Assembly (NCBI RefSeq): GCF_041956535.1
Contig: NW_027192198.1
Location: 226,551 to 290,550 of the forward strand
Origin: Calcarisporiella thermophila CBS 279.70
Lineage: Eukaryota; Fungi; Calcarisporiellomycota
Direction of reading: 5' to 3'
DNA: 64,000 nt
Position numbers and translations under genes: made by a program. The number at the start of each line of letters is the position of its first letter. Position 1 is the stretch's first letter. Of this stretch, positions 25,218 to 37,852 are shown piece after piece. Under the pieces are notes generated by a model, which did no database searches, had not been told where the DNA came from, and saw only the letters and a program-made list of their open reading frames with translations.

Positions 25218-26370
25218 TTAGCTAGAGAGGGAAGCAATGGGAAGAGAGAGTGAAAGAAAAATAGTTAGTATGAATTCTGGCACAGTAGTTAGTAAACCAT
25301 TTAGTGGGCTTACCAGGCACAACCGCTTGCCTCCTGCGGCCGGTTCAAATCAAGAGTTCCCCGTGGAAGAGCGGCGTTCCGGTTGGCTCGTTGGTTTGCC
25401 GCAAGCTGTTCTAGTGGTAATTTGCGAGCTATGGCTAGGAAGAGTTCGTTGACGTTCTCCGCAGTTTTTGCACTAGTCTCAAAGAACAGTAGCCCTGCCT
25501 CATCCGCGTATGCTTGTGCCTCTTCAGTGGGGACGGCACGTCGTGCCTCAAGATCCTTCTTGTTGCCTGCAAGAGCTATGATGATATTGGGGTCAGCCTG
25601 CCGCTGTAACTCCTTTACCCACGACTTGGCCTTTTCAAGAGATGCAGTCTGTGAAATGTCGTAGACGACAATTGCGCAGTTCGCGTTACGATAGTACATA
25701 GGCGCTAAGCTCTTATATCGCTGCGAAGTAGCAAAATGAGTATAACCTCAAAGGAATAGAAAAAGCGTAGCAGCATCACTACTAACCTCTTGTCCAGCGG
25801 TATCCCTAGTTAGTATAGAATTTAAATAAAATTAAATGAGAAACGTGACTAATTAGTCTTCCAAGACAATTGCCATCTCATAAATTAAAAAATAGCAAAA
25901 TGACTATGTACCAGATCTCAAATTTCACAGTCGTGTCAGCGTCAAGAGAAACCGTTTGAGTCAAAAACGCAGCTAAGAGCACGTATAATTGAAATGAGCT
26001 GAATGGGGGATAAAAAAGATAGCATTGAATAGGTAAATACCGCCAATAGTGCTCTCTCTGTAGTCATCAAATTGATCTTTAACGAATCGTAAAACAAGGC
26101 TGAAGGTGAATTCGAACACAAGATCAGTTAATTCCTCTACATTGAACAGCGTGAAATCAACAATGTGACAATCACAAACCTAGATTTCCCAACAGCGCTC
26201 TCTCCTGTAAACGCAAATAAGAGAAAAATAGGGATGGCGTGAAACCTCCGTATATGAATTTGGAAAGACTACATCGATGATGGCAAATTACCCAAAAGAA
26301 CTAGTTTGAATTGATAAAGCTTTCCAGTGGTCTGCTGAGGTGTTTGACGTCGGGGAATGGGTGAGCTCAT
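25218..26370 (-). CDS. Rab5-family GTPase (Ypt5/Ypt52/Vps21-like); 7 exons
   Basis: QFKLVLLG|ESAVGKS|SLVLRFVK...ESTIG|AAFLTQ...KFEIW|DTAGQE|[21 protein letters not shown]. Splicing of the last intron (25313-25222) gives a C-terminal GCAC* (CXC). Confidence 0.95.
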
Positions 26371-26625
26371 GATGTCTGAATAAGGATAATGTTAAATGTG
26401 ATCTTCAGTGGGGTCAAGTGACAAAACAGCAAAAAAAAGGAGACAACCAAGAAATAAGTTAAATTCAATGAAAGTGTGAAAAGAGACAAATCCATCCTCG
26501 CGCAAAATCCGTAGACGTCACAAAAATCGCTGAATTTCAAACTTCCAATTTCGCACAACCTCCGTTCCTCCTTTCACTTTTATCGCACTCCACTCGCGTC
26601 CAACGCAAGGTTAGAACAGAAATCC

Positions 26626-27502
26626 ATGGCTAGGGTGAGTACATCAACCGAAACCAGAGCAGATGGAAGGATACATTGTGAAATTACGGATACACCGCTA
26701 CGGAGAAGTGGCTATATCGATCGGGAGTGCTTGAAGATGGATGGATGGATGGATGGATGATATAGGATGGACTGGGATAGGGGATGGGGTAGGCCATTCC
26801 CCCATCGAATATCAACGATGCGGTACATCCGGACGCAATATCCTTCCTGGCTCGAATATCCAATTCCCACAAGTAATTAATTGCATTAACTGATCTCCAC
26901 TTCATTTTCAGTTGCACGAGTACCAGGTAGTGGGACGTAAGCTCCCCTCCAAGGCTGAGCCCGTTCCTAAGCTCTACCGCATGCGTCTCTTCGCCCCGAA
27001 TGAGGTTGTTGCGAAAAGCCGATTCTGGTATTTCTTGAGGAAGCTTCGCAAGGTCAAGAAGGCCGCCGGCGAGATCGTCTCGGTCAACGAGGTAAGGATC
27101 GAGATGGATTCATCCATTGTCATCGAATCGTCAGTAATAGGCATGCATGAATCTTTTTTTTAGATCTTCGAGAAGCGACCCGACACCGTTAAGAACTTTG
27201 GTGTCTGGCTCCGCTACGATTCGCGCTCCGGCACCCACAACATGTACAAGGAGTTCCGTGAGCTCTCGCGTGTTGCTGCCGTTCAGGCCTGCTATCAGGA
27301 TATGGCTGCTCGCCATCGTGCCCGCTTCAGCTCGATCCAAATCATCCGCGTTGCTGAAGTCAAGACTGCCGATGTCCGCCGCCCCTACATCAAGCAGTTG
27401 CTTGTTCCCAAGCTGCGCTTCCCTCTTCCCCACCGTGTGCAGCTCCGCGACAAGAGCAAGAGCTCTGTGTTCGTTGCCAAACGCCCCACCACCTTCTACT
27501 AA
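26626..27502 (+). CDS. RPL20: 60S ribosomal protein eL20 (L18a); 3 exons
   Basis: MAR|[12 protein letters not shown]...[43 protein letters not shown]. Confidence 0.97.
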
Positions 27503-27718
27503 AAAAATTGCTCCTTTCACACTTTTTCTCTACTTTTCCCTTATTCTGTTTTTATATTGTATTGGCGCTTTTTTTAACCTCTTCTTTTTTTCTGTTCTAT
27601 TAAGAGTGAGTGAAGAAATATAACCCCTTTTTTACTAAATAGAATCTTCGGGCCATTATAGAGAAAGATATAGAATAACTCTTGGGAAGGAAATATTTAC
27701 AAGAAAGCTTTTAATACA

Positions 27719-28607
27719 TCAGAATGGTTTCGCACATTTACGATACTCGATAGCCTTTGTCTTCGGGCATTGCATCTCTTGCCATGATATTGGGATCATG
27801 ATGGCATCTAATGCGGAAGAGATTATTCGAGAAAATATTGTAAATATCAATTATGGTCATCTTAGACATACCTGCAACACTCTTTGCAAATATTACGCCT
27901 AATTCGTTTCTGGCTGTGGATAGATAGTATGATCGAGCATCACCCAGTGATATCTACAACAGATCTGGATGAGTAAATCTTAACTATCCAACGCAATTGT
28001 GCTATGTATTTACCACTTCAGCCCGCACTATATCACCCGGTCGGAAGGAGTCGTATATCTTCACTTTATCTTTCTCAGTTGCGCGAACATCCTGCACTCT
28101 ATTGGATGAGGAGAGAATTAGAAAGAGAAAAATCCAAGGCACATATATATGTGCATGAAAATATGTCTTTTACCGAATCACTCCTTGGAAATCCTCACGA
28201 CATGCTGAAGATCCAACAACCATAATGGCAACTGTGGCGAAACGTGGATTGATGCGTATGACCTTTCCAGTAATCTAGTTTAAGTCAAATAATTAGAATG
28301 TCGCAGTCTAAATAAAAAAAGGAAGAGGCTATTTACGATGCTCCCGACATCCGGAATTGCGGACTGCTCCTTTTCTCTAACAACACTCACAACTTTCTAC
28401 GTAAGAGTAGTCAAACCAAAATTAACATGGACTTCATTTTCCGAAATTAGAATAGAAAGCAACCTTTCCAGCTTCATTGGTTGACAACTTTTTCACTCCA
28501 ACAATACTGGCATGCACTATCCCTTGACGCTCGTAAGTGCCGGGGCCCGGCACAAATTCATTAGAGAGCCCAACACGCTGCCCAGGAGTTACAATATCAG
28601 CCGTCAT
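27719..28607 (-). CDS. CSL4: Exosome complex component Csl4 (EXOSC1); multi-exon, absent from the ORF track
   Basis: Manual minus-strand translation gives MTADIVTPGQRVG..PGPGTY, VIRINPRFATVAIMVVG, VQDVRATEKDKVKIYDSFRPGDIVRAEV, ISLGDARSYYLSTARNELGVIFA and MIPISWQEMQCPKT...RKCAKPF*. Confidence 0.95.
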
Positions 28608-28858
28608 CTCTAATGTTGAACAATGATATTATGAAACGCTAGTTGGGATAGAGGAATTTGTTTATAGATTAATAAAGTCACAAGAAAAGATCTCTGTGAC
28701 TTCTCTCGATAATTTTCTTGTGCAATTTGTCGCGTATATAGGACAAACGATTCTCCAAGTTAAAAGGGGCATTCACTCGCGAGGATTGATGATAATTGGC
28801 GAGGCATCCGGACTCGAGCTCTATAATTAGCTGATAGCTTCACTTTTTGTTAAATAAT

Positions 28859-31567
28859 ATGCGGATTAACTCGCAATCGAACAAGCTAAAGTTTCTGGAG
28901 GATGAAGGTGCAGGTAGAGTCATGCCTTCTGCGGGTGTGACATATTTAGCCTACTACACGGTACTTAAAATTAGCCAACGATTACCCCCTCTACTTTATC
29001 AACTTTACCGCGTATTTTAGGTTGGTGTCCGGCCCACATTGAGTGATGCAGAAGCAGCAAAACTGTTAAATAAATTACAGAGATTGCGAGTAAGTATACG
29101 CATTCTACCTCCGTTTCGTTTAATTCAATACCATTTTCATTATGCTCTCTTGTTTAGTCCGATCCTCCTGCGGTGTTTTATCTCGAACTCTGGGTAAACG
29201 CTTTAACTGGCTTGGCCAAAGCGTGTGCAAATAAGTTACCACTCCATCATCAGTTATTGTGGAAACATTTCGTGCTGGTAAAAGTTCCAAGGCTCATACT
29301 GTTGCTGGAGACCAACAAGAAGGATTTAGAATTAGAAGTGGAGATGAAAATGGAGGTGGAAAATGGAGAAAAAGTAAATATTTCATTTTCCTCCATTATT
29401 CTCTTGATTCGGCTTCATGGCTGGCATAAAATGATATATATATAGATATCCACTGCGGCGGTTGAAACGGCTCTTTCACAATTGAGAGGATTTCGCAGAT
29501 TACTTAACACGTGTGATATGATGGCATTAAGCACTTCTTCGTCATTGGAGGATATGCTGGATGATAGCAAATCGTAATATTTAACACGTTTAGGCTGAAT
29601 CGTTATATATATTTATGATTTCTTTGAGTAGACAGGACATCTTCGTCTCTATTCTACGTGTTTGTCGCTTCCACCAGCTGATCCGAGATGAATTCATCGC
29701 GGAGATTGGAATGGCGGACCGTTTTGGGGGAATCGAACTCTTTGAGGAAGAAACTACCAACAACCTTCTACAACAAGCTAAAACGGATCCTTCGATTGAA
29801 ACCTTTGAAACAATCGTATCGACTTTCCCCGGGAATTTTCTCAAGACAGATGCACTAATCGAAAGCCTATTAGAGTTGATGCTGAACTGGGCAAGAGAGA
29901 AGAACGCACAGAATCTTGGGACTGCATGCAAACAATTGATAGAACGAACGGAAGTTCTGGATGGAATATTTTTATTGAAATCACCGATGGAGCTATTACA
30001 GCCACTGGAAGAGTTTTGTAATAAATGGAGCCCTTCGAGTGAGGATGACATTGGTAATATTGATCTTCACCTTTCATGTTGGCATAGAACTGAATTAATA
30101 TCAATCTGCCCAATAGATATCTATCAAGCTAATTTTGAAGGATACGGATACGTTTTTACCTTAGTCGCCTATGTGATCAACCGCTATGAAGTATATATTT
30201 AACAATCCATATTAATAGTGAGAGCAATTTGAGTTTACCAAATGGTTATTTTTCCAGCTATGGAATAATTTAGAGGCGATGTTCAATGACAAATCCGGGT
30301 TCTGTTATCGCTGGTTTTTACGGCCAATCGAGGACATTAGCTCCAAAACAATCAAAGCCGAACAAAACGAGTTGGTCGGACAGTGGATATCAGCTCTGTT
30401 AGACAGCATGGGTATACCTGACGATTTGATTAGGTAATTTTTTGGCTATTGCATGCAGTTAAATTCTCGGTTTATTTGACTCGAGATTACTTAGAGCATC
30501 AACTCCCCAAATTCTTCTTCAAATATCGCCCTCCATTTTCGAGCATGCGCTTAGTGCTTGCGAGACAGAAGTGATCGACTATGACACTCTGACTGGTGGC
30601 CTTGAGTATTTCCTCCAACCTTTCCTTTCCTACGCACTCCTCAGTATTATCCAGTGGCTATGCGATGAAATCATTTTCGATTGCAACGGGCCATCTCTTC
30701 CTCTTACAGTATTGAAATCGCTTTTGATGTCGGAAAATTTTCCCACGATGGTGCTTCAGGTAGTTGGTCGGAGAATCCTTGCTGCTCTGCATCTGTTACG
30801 AGAGGAAGATGCAGAAATCCGGGACTTGGAGCAAAAGATTATCAGTAAATTGGAAGGAGAGGGTGAGTGATATCGACAATGCGGGTATATCCCGTATGTT
30901 AATCTTTCTATCGATAACAGAGTTCTATGTCAAGCGATGGTCTAACGAAGAAATAAGCTATCGATGCCAAGTGATGTACCACGGATTCGTGCGCGGAAGC
31001 CGCTCTCAGGATGAGGTCGACCAGACAGGTAGTCCCCACATCGATATCTATTTACTCCGCCAACAACTCGCACTGGGAGGTCCTCGTTGGTTTATTAATA
31101 TGATCATTGGTGAAATATTGAATGCGGGAGGTCATTTAGGCGCTGCTTTTAGGGGGGCTGAACTTGGTGCAGTTGTCATCAGCCTACCTATTATTTTTGC
31201 CGAAAACCCGCACGTTTGGCCAGAAAGAATGTTGAACATGATGGTAACCGAAATTCTACCTGAGATTCTATTAACGTCGAACGGGGAGATGAACTTCCTG
31301 CTAGGGCAAGCCCTCGCATGTTTTATTGCTTTGTGTCTAGAATTAGTCCTAGAGGATAAAAGAGCAGAGTTGGAGAGGATGGTTACGTTAATACTCGAGA
31401 TGTTGAAGGAGGCGGCCCGGGAAACAGTTGATGGCACTCTAGTCGATTCAGTTAGTGGGAAAGAAGGCTTTTTGAGAGGATTTGCCTTTAGCTTTAGTGA
31501 GAACGAGGTGCTCGGCGAAAGGATTCCTCAGCACAAAAACAACTGCAGGTCAATATTTGGAGAATAA
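28859..31567 (+). CDS. Mediator subunit Med5/Nut1-like protein; about 9 exons, start uncertain
   Basis: LWKHFVLVKVPRLI, YEGYG-type segment (NFEGYGYVF), QWISALLDSMGIPDDL and LTGGLEYFLQPFLSYAL resemble Med5. The exons are bounded by GT-AG introns. Confidence 0.7.
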
Positions 31568-31741
31568 ATTTTCACAGAAACTAATTGCGATCAAAGACTT
31601 TTTCTCCATTGTTCTATAAAGACATTCATTTTATAAAATATAATTTTTTGTAAACCAGAATCAACTAAAAATAAAAAAATGTTGAACAAGAAGAAAAAAT
31701 AGAAAAGAATTTACAATTCCAGTTACAGATTTTTAGTTGAC

Positions 31742-32342
31742 TTAGAATCCTGGGGGAACAAGACCAGAGGGACGCTGCTGCTGCTGTTGTGAGCCTGGAA
31801 GACCAGTTTGCTGGTTTGAAGGTACGCCCATCATCTAAAAACAAGCGGGAAAATGTGAAAATACCAGTTAGTATACCATTAGTAGCCGTTCAGAAAAAAA
31901 TAATATGATAATGAAAAAAAAGGTGATCAACACAAGAGTGTCGATGAAAAGGATGAGAACAAAAACTACGAACCTGTTGACTCTGTTGCTGCATCTTTGC
32001 TTCGTTTTCATAAGCAATTAAAGCTTGCTCTTTCTCGATCTCCATTGCAAGAGGAAGCACAACCAACAATGCGGTTGTCGTCACCACCCAAGCAGCTTTT
32101 CCGAAAAAGTTGACGCCAGCCTTTCCCCAGCCATAAATCCAATTTGTTTGTTGCCAAATAGCACGACGCTGTCGCTCCGGCACGATATCTCGCAGAGCAT
32201 AAATGCGCTCGAAAAATGATTCTTCAATGTCTTCTTCATCTGTCACATCAGAGAGATCCGAATCAGAAAGCTCGGATTCTTCTTCTTCCTCAAAGGCTCT
32301 AGATTCAAAATGCTCGTCAGACACTTCTTCTAGCTTCACCAT
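31742..32342 (-). CDS. TOM22: Mitochondrial import receptor Tom22; 2 exons
   Basis: MVKLEEV, acidic cis domain, ESFFERIYALRDIVP, GKAAWVVTTTALLVVLPLAMEIEKEQ. Confidence 0.95.
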
Positions 32343-32530
32343 TGTGCTATAGTAATAATAGTTTGGATCAAATGTTTAAACGGAGAACGAGCGACTAAAT
32401 AGCCAAGTTGATTTTGTTTATTGTGGCCACTGATATTCTAAGCCGCAGAGGATGACGTTCTTTCGGGAGCTTAGAAAATGATTCGGAGAATATGAAGAGT
32501 GGCACACTCTCTTTATCCTTTACAACGAAT

Positions 32531-33340
32531 ATGCTGGACAATGACGAGTATGATTTTCTGTTCAAGCTTGTGCTGCTGGGGGACAGTTCAGTGGGAAAAA
32601 CCAACCTTCTATCTCGTTTTGTTGTAAGCTGATTGATATTGGCTTGTTTTGTTCTAATGCAGAACAAATGTATTTCATTCTATAGAGGAATGAATTTTCA
32701 CTTGAAACCAAGTCGACCATTGGGGTCGAATTCAGCTTAAAGACCATTGAAATCGAGGGAAAAATAATCAAGGCACAGATCTGGGATACGAGTGGGCAGG
32801 TAATGCGAAAGTTATTTTGTCTCCTACTCGTACTCAACTCTAATTATATCGCAACAGGAACGCTATCGCGCCATAACAGGTGCATATTATCGAGGTGCAG
32901 TAGGGGCACTTCTTGTCTATGATATCACGAGGCATACTTCCTTTGAAAATATATCGCATTGGCTTAAAGAGCTGCGTAGCTATGCCGATTCCAATATCGT
33001 GCTTATACTTGTTGGCAACAAAATAGATCTCGAGACCTCCCGTGAAGTATCCACTGTGGAGGCGAAAAAGTTTGCCGAAAAAGAAGGTTTTTTGTTCGTG
33101 GAGACATCAGCATTGGATTCGACAAATGTCACAAAGGCTTTTGACTTGACTTTTGAACAGATTTGGAGAGTTGTGCCCAAAAAAACCGTAAAGGATAAGG
33201 ATTGTGAAGAAGGTGGAATTGGAGGACGCAATATTATATATATACCAGGTCCTAGCAGCAAAGAATATCACCCGCATAGGTGGGCACCGGCCGGTGGGAG
33301 ACAACAGAAAGAATGGCATAATTCATCATGCTGTTCATAA
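32531..33340 (+). CDS. Divergent Rab11/Ypt31-family GTPase; 3 exons
   Basis: [78 protein letters not shown] and C-terminal CCS. An alternative in-frame ATG lies at 32492. Confidence 0.92.
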
Positions 33341-33813
33341 TTAATACTGATCCGAATACTTCTAGTAATAGTGTATATTTTACTCTTTCTTTACGACGCA
33401 TTACACTATATAGTTTTACGTTTTATTTTATGCGTTATATTTCTACTTTGCGTCTAATGCTAATCGTATAGTTGCTAGTATTTATAATTTTTGCGCATTT
33501 ACCCCATTGGGCTTTTCTTTTATTTCCATATATTGGATATAAAATAATAAATTTTATATGAATATAACAAATCTTGTAAGAATGAGGTAAAATGGTTCGA
33601 CTATAATTACTGGATAGAAGTTAATGATATTAGTGAATAGGATATGTAACATCCCTTCTTACTTCTTTAATGTAATTTCTTCCCAAGAGTTTCCCTTTGA
33701 TTGGGTTTGCTCAACATTACCGATGGTTTCTGGATAAGAGTGGGGTACTAAGGATATTCTTGGCTGGTAAACCCTCCCATCTGGCCCGTCCGTTAATTGT
33801 TCTTTTCTGCGTT

Positions 33814-34370
33814 NNNNNNNNNNNNNNNNNNNNNNNNNNNNNNNNNNNNNNNNNNNNNNNNNNNNNNNNNNNNNNNNNNNNNNNNNNNNNNNNNNNNNNN
33901 NNNNNNNNNNNNNNNNNNNNNNNNNNNNNNNNNNNNNNNNNNNNNNNNNNNNNNNNNNNNNNNNNNNNNNNNNNNNNNNNNNNNNNNNNNNNNNNNNNNN
34001 NNNNNNNNNNNNNNNNNNNNNNNNNNNNNNNNNNNNNNNNNNNNNNNNNNNNNNNNNNNNNNNNNNNNNNNNNNNNNNNNNNNNNNNNNNNNNNNNNNNN
34101 NNNNNNNNNNNNNNNNNNNNNNNNNNNNNNNNNNNNNNNNNNNNNNNNNNNNNNNNNNNNNNNNNNNNNNNNNNNNNNNNNNNNNNNNNNNNNNNNNNNN
34201 NNNNNNNNNNNNNNNNNNNNNNNNNNNNNNNNNNNNNNNNNNNNNNNNNNNNNNNNNNNNNNNNNNNNNNNNNNNNNNNNNNNNNNNNNNNNNNNNNNNN
34301 NNNNNNNNNNNNNNNNNNNNNNNNNNNNNNNNNNNNNNNNNNNNNNNNNNNNNNNNNNNNNNNNNNNNNN
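33814..34370. other. Assembly gap (557 N)
   Basis: Run of N. Confidence 1.
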
Positions 34371-35281
34371 AAATAAAATCAGATGGAGAAAGAGAGTAGG
34401 TTTTTGAAGTTGAAGATAGAGTGGCAGACTGTGGGCTTGGATAAGAATGAGGTTGCTCAATGCAATAAGGAGGTTTGTTAGGGTTGATACCAAGAGATAT
34501 ATCTGAAACGTTATTACTATTTTCTTTATATACTCCAACATGTTCTTGCATATACATCGGGAAAACCACTGGTAGAATGTTGCGGGGCGGTGGAGCGGGA
34601 GGACTACCGTATGTATGAGTGGGAGGAACAGTTGGTTGAGGTCGTTCGCTGTCCTTTTTTCTTTTTTGTCTACGATAGAAAAGGAGTGCTATCTCGCTAA
34701 GAGTACCAATCAAGACGAGACCTCCTATAGTGGCACCAATATATACACCTTTGGGTACTGTTTCTTGCTCATCCAAATCCGGAGTGTAGACAGCGTTGGC
34801 GGTTGTGACATTGGAAGCTAGATAATCAGACTCTTGAATATTCATTGAAATATAATAATATTGTGAAAATTCCAATCTTTTACCACTGTTCTGTGAATGG
34901 GTCATAAATATACAGAAGTTCTAAGGTTTGAGCATTAGTCAATGTAGTATTCGATTCTCCTCCCAACTCACCTAACAAACTGCGATTTGGTCCTACAGGA
35001 AATGCGTTAGGCAATCATCTCGCGGGTACCTTGGAATTACCGTCGACAATATTCCACGCTATATCGGTTGTATTAAAAGGCGTTGAAAGTTCGAGCACAA
35101 GAAGTTCGGATTGATGCTGATAACTCTGATTGCTCTCTATGTATGTCAAACCTCCATAAACGTATAATCTAAAAAAATTGTTTATTAAATTAACATGGTA
35201 TCTGGCAATAGCTAAAGCATTTAAGGAAATGCTACTTGTTGCCAATGATGGTAGCAGCTGCTCCGTCACGTTTAGTAACAC
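34371..35281 (-). pseudogene. Degenerate kelch/galactose-oxidase-like single-pass surface protein
   Basis: N-terminal LYVYGG...LELSTPFNTTDIAW and a TM+basic segment YIGATIGGLVLIG...YRRQKRKK are present. The intervening kelch repeats appear missing and the TM contains a Glu. The 3' end runs into the gap. Confidence 0.45.
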
Positions 35282-35675
35282 TTATGCACAGGCTAAGCTG
35301 TGCTAGCAATATTATTATATAAATCAGGTAAATTAATATTATTGATTTGAGAGAATACAGTGTAGTTGAATTCCAAAGGTATACAAGAAAAACGGGCCAG
35401 TTGAACGAATTTATTTTTGAAATTAAGATTTCTGAGCCCCATTTGCCACGAAGTTATTCTCTTCATTATCTCACAGTTTTAATGGAGACTTCGAGAATTA
35501 ATCCTCGGTGGCAAATGCAGTCACAGATAAGTCACAAAATTACTTCATAACGGGCGTCCTCTTTTGATGAATATGGATTTATGGCAAAAACGCTTCTGTG
35601 GATTTCTCTGCTCTTTTACTTTCAAATCCCAATTCCTTTAACTGGACCAACAATCTTCCATAATATTTTTCTAAA

Positions 35676-36665
35676 ATGAACTTCGACCATCTGATACTGA
35701 AATTAACCAATCTTTTATTATATATCTTTTTGCTTGGAAGTGGTATTTACGATTTAACTGCAGCTACTTCCCACCATGCCTTCGAGAAGCACATTTCCTT
35801 CTTTACTCCCGCAGCATACGCGAATTATGCTTGGCTTTGTAAGCTCCATTTATTTCTATTCTCTGCAGATTAACTTTGATCTTACTTTTTATCTCACCTC
35901 TTCTAGTGACCTACATTTTGCTTGGCTGCTTCATCGTTATTCAATTTTTTGATCCCTACTCCGAATGCGCCGTTCATGGAGTGGGATGGTTCTTCCCTCT
36001 TGCAATTGTACTAAACGCCATATGGCATGCATTTTGGTCACAGGGTTATATGGTGCTCTCCTTCATTACTATTCTACTTGTGTGTGCCGTAATTAGCACT
36101 ATATATCGCCAATTACGAAATGAGCATCCCGTTAATGGATGGGTGGATGCTTTGTTTGTACATGCACCGTTCTCTTTGTGGCACGGATGGGTGACTTTTT
36201 ACGCCGTTCTGAATGCTTTTGCTACATTCGGCCGAAGAGGAGATGGAGAGCCTAAGACGATAGATGTGATTCTGGTAGTGCTTGGATTAATCTTTTTAGC
36301 TTTCACTGTAAGTTTTCTATCTAGAAAGTGAACCCAATCGACACTCACGTCCCGCTTCCTTTTTTTTATCTTTATTAAACTTTATATGTAGGCTTTTGGC
36401 TATGTCGAATACAAGAGGCAAGCATTTCCTCTCTTTCTCGATCATCATTTCTCCTCTGACCTTTCTCTTTATTAGGGGAGATGTTGCAGGCGCGCTCGTT
36501 ATCTCCTGGGGTCTCTTCGCCATCTTCGCAAAGCAGCACCACCCAGTCATTCATTGGGTTGCATTTGCGTGTGCCCTATTTGCATTCCTTTATCCCTCCA
36601 AGCCCTATTTGCTTGACCTTATGCTCCGCCATAGGTCGGAAGAACGCGCACCTCTCATTGCTTGA
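35676..36665 (+). CDS. Multi-pass membrane protein, TspO/MBR- or DUF1774-like; about 4 exons
   Basis: About 7 hydrophobic segments; FTPAAY..YAW, GVGWFF..LNAIW, VHAPFSLWHGW and GDVAGALVISWGLFAI. Confidence 0.7.
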
Positions 36666-37166
36666 AATATACGCGAGCCCTAAGAACAATGCCGTCTATA
36701 AATATAATCTGTAGTAAAGTATTATATTATTTTTATCTTTATTAGCTTTAGTATTCCAGTCATAATACTACATGTTTGAGCACTCGCTTCAAGAAAAAAG
36801 GAAAGAGATATCCATAAATGAAAAAAATGTCAAACTATCTGAGTTCACTTAAAAAGTTTGAAAAATAAAATATATAAAAAGTATTTGTACTAAAGAATAC
36901 TTTAATAAAAAATAAGAGAAGAGGAATGGGCCAAGAAGGACAGGTCGAAAGCCGAGAGTGAAAATGAAGATATGAAGAAGAGAGGGAGAAAAGGGATAAA
37001 GAGGATGTGGGGAAGTGGAAGGGGTAGGGAAAAGAGAGAAAACAAACAAGTGTGGATGCCAGGGGATAGAGAAAAGTAAAGGATCCCAAAAGAGGAAAAT
37101 AAGATTTGCTCATGTTCTAAGCATAGCATAGAATAAAATATATAAAGTAAATAAAAAAAGTAGTGT

Positions 37167-37852
37167 TTAGTCCAGTCGGTTGAACGAGCGACCGCCACGC
37201 GGACGCTCAATTAGGCGAGGGTTTTTACGTGCAAGTTCATCTTTAGCCTCCGAGCGGAAATCATGTTCACAAGCATGTCGATCTGGATATCGATGCGTAT
37301 CGCAAAACACATATTCGCATCGGCATCGATTAGTAGACTGCTTCGCAAGAGGGATTTTGGCTTTGCATACAAAGCATCTTCCCTTGTTTGTTTGAACAGG
37401 CTTTGTAGGCTCTTTTTCTTCCTTGTCCTTGTCTGCTTCCAATGGAGGTGCTGCAGGTGCTTCTAAGCTTACGTCTACGCTCACATCCACCTTGTCATTA
37501 GGTGCAGTCTCAATTGCAGTAGACGGCTCCAAAGGTAGAGATTCGGGCATCGCAGCAGGTGTAGGAGACTGAATATTCAGATCTTTGCCTATACGTGGTG
37601 ATTCTGTAACAGCTGAGAGTGATTGCGCAGCATTCTCAACGTTGGCTTGAGTAGCCTGCTGTTGTTGCTGCTGAGTATCCTTAAAGCATTTAGAGCACAT
37701 ATAGTTATAAATGGGGCTCCTATTAATCAATGTACAAATAAATTTCGAAATAAATTCCAATATTGATATGGCATATAGAAACTACAGTACCCATAGAAGC
37801 CACAGTTGTTGATGCAAAATTGGGGAACATCGGGTGAAGACTTATTTTCCAT
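37167..37852 (-). CDS. A20/AN1 zinc-finger protein (ZFAND5/6, plant SAP-like); 2 exons
   Basis: A20 finger CINNCGFYG|SP..NYMCSKCF and AN1 finger RCFVCKAK...CRCEYVFCDTHRYPDRHAC. Confidence 0.92.

Noticed and set aside
28530-28556. Perfect hairpin GTGCCGG-GGC-CCGGCAC
   Set aside because: Lies in CSL4 exon 1 (VPGPGT codons); explained by coding sequence.
33697-34541. Long ORFs in the track spanning 33.7-34.5 kb
   Set aside because: Artefacts of translating the N gap.
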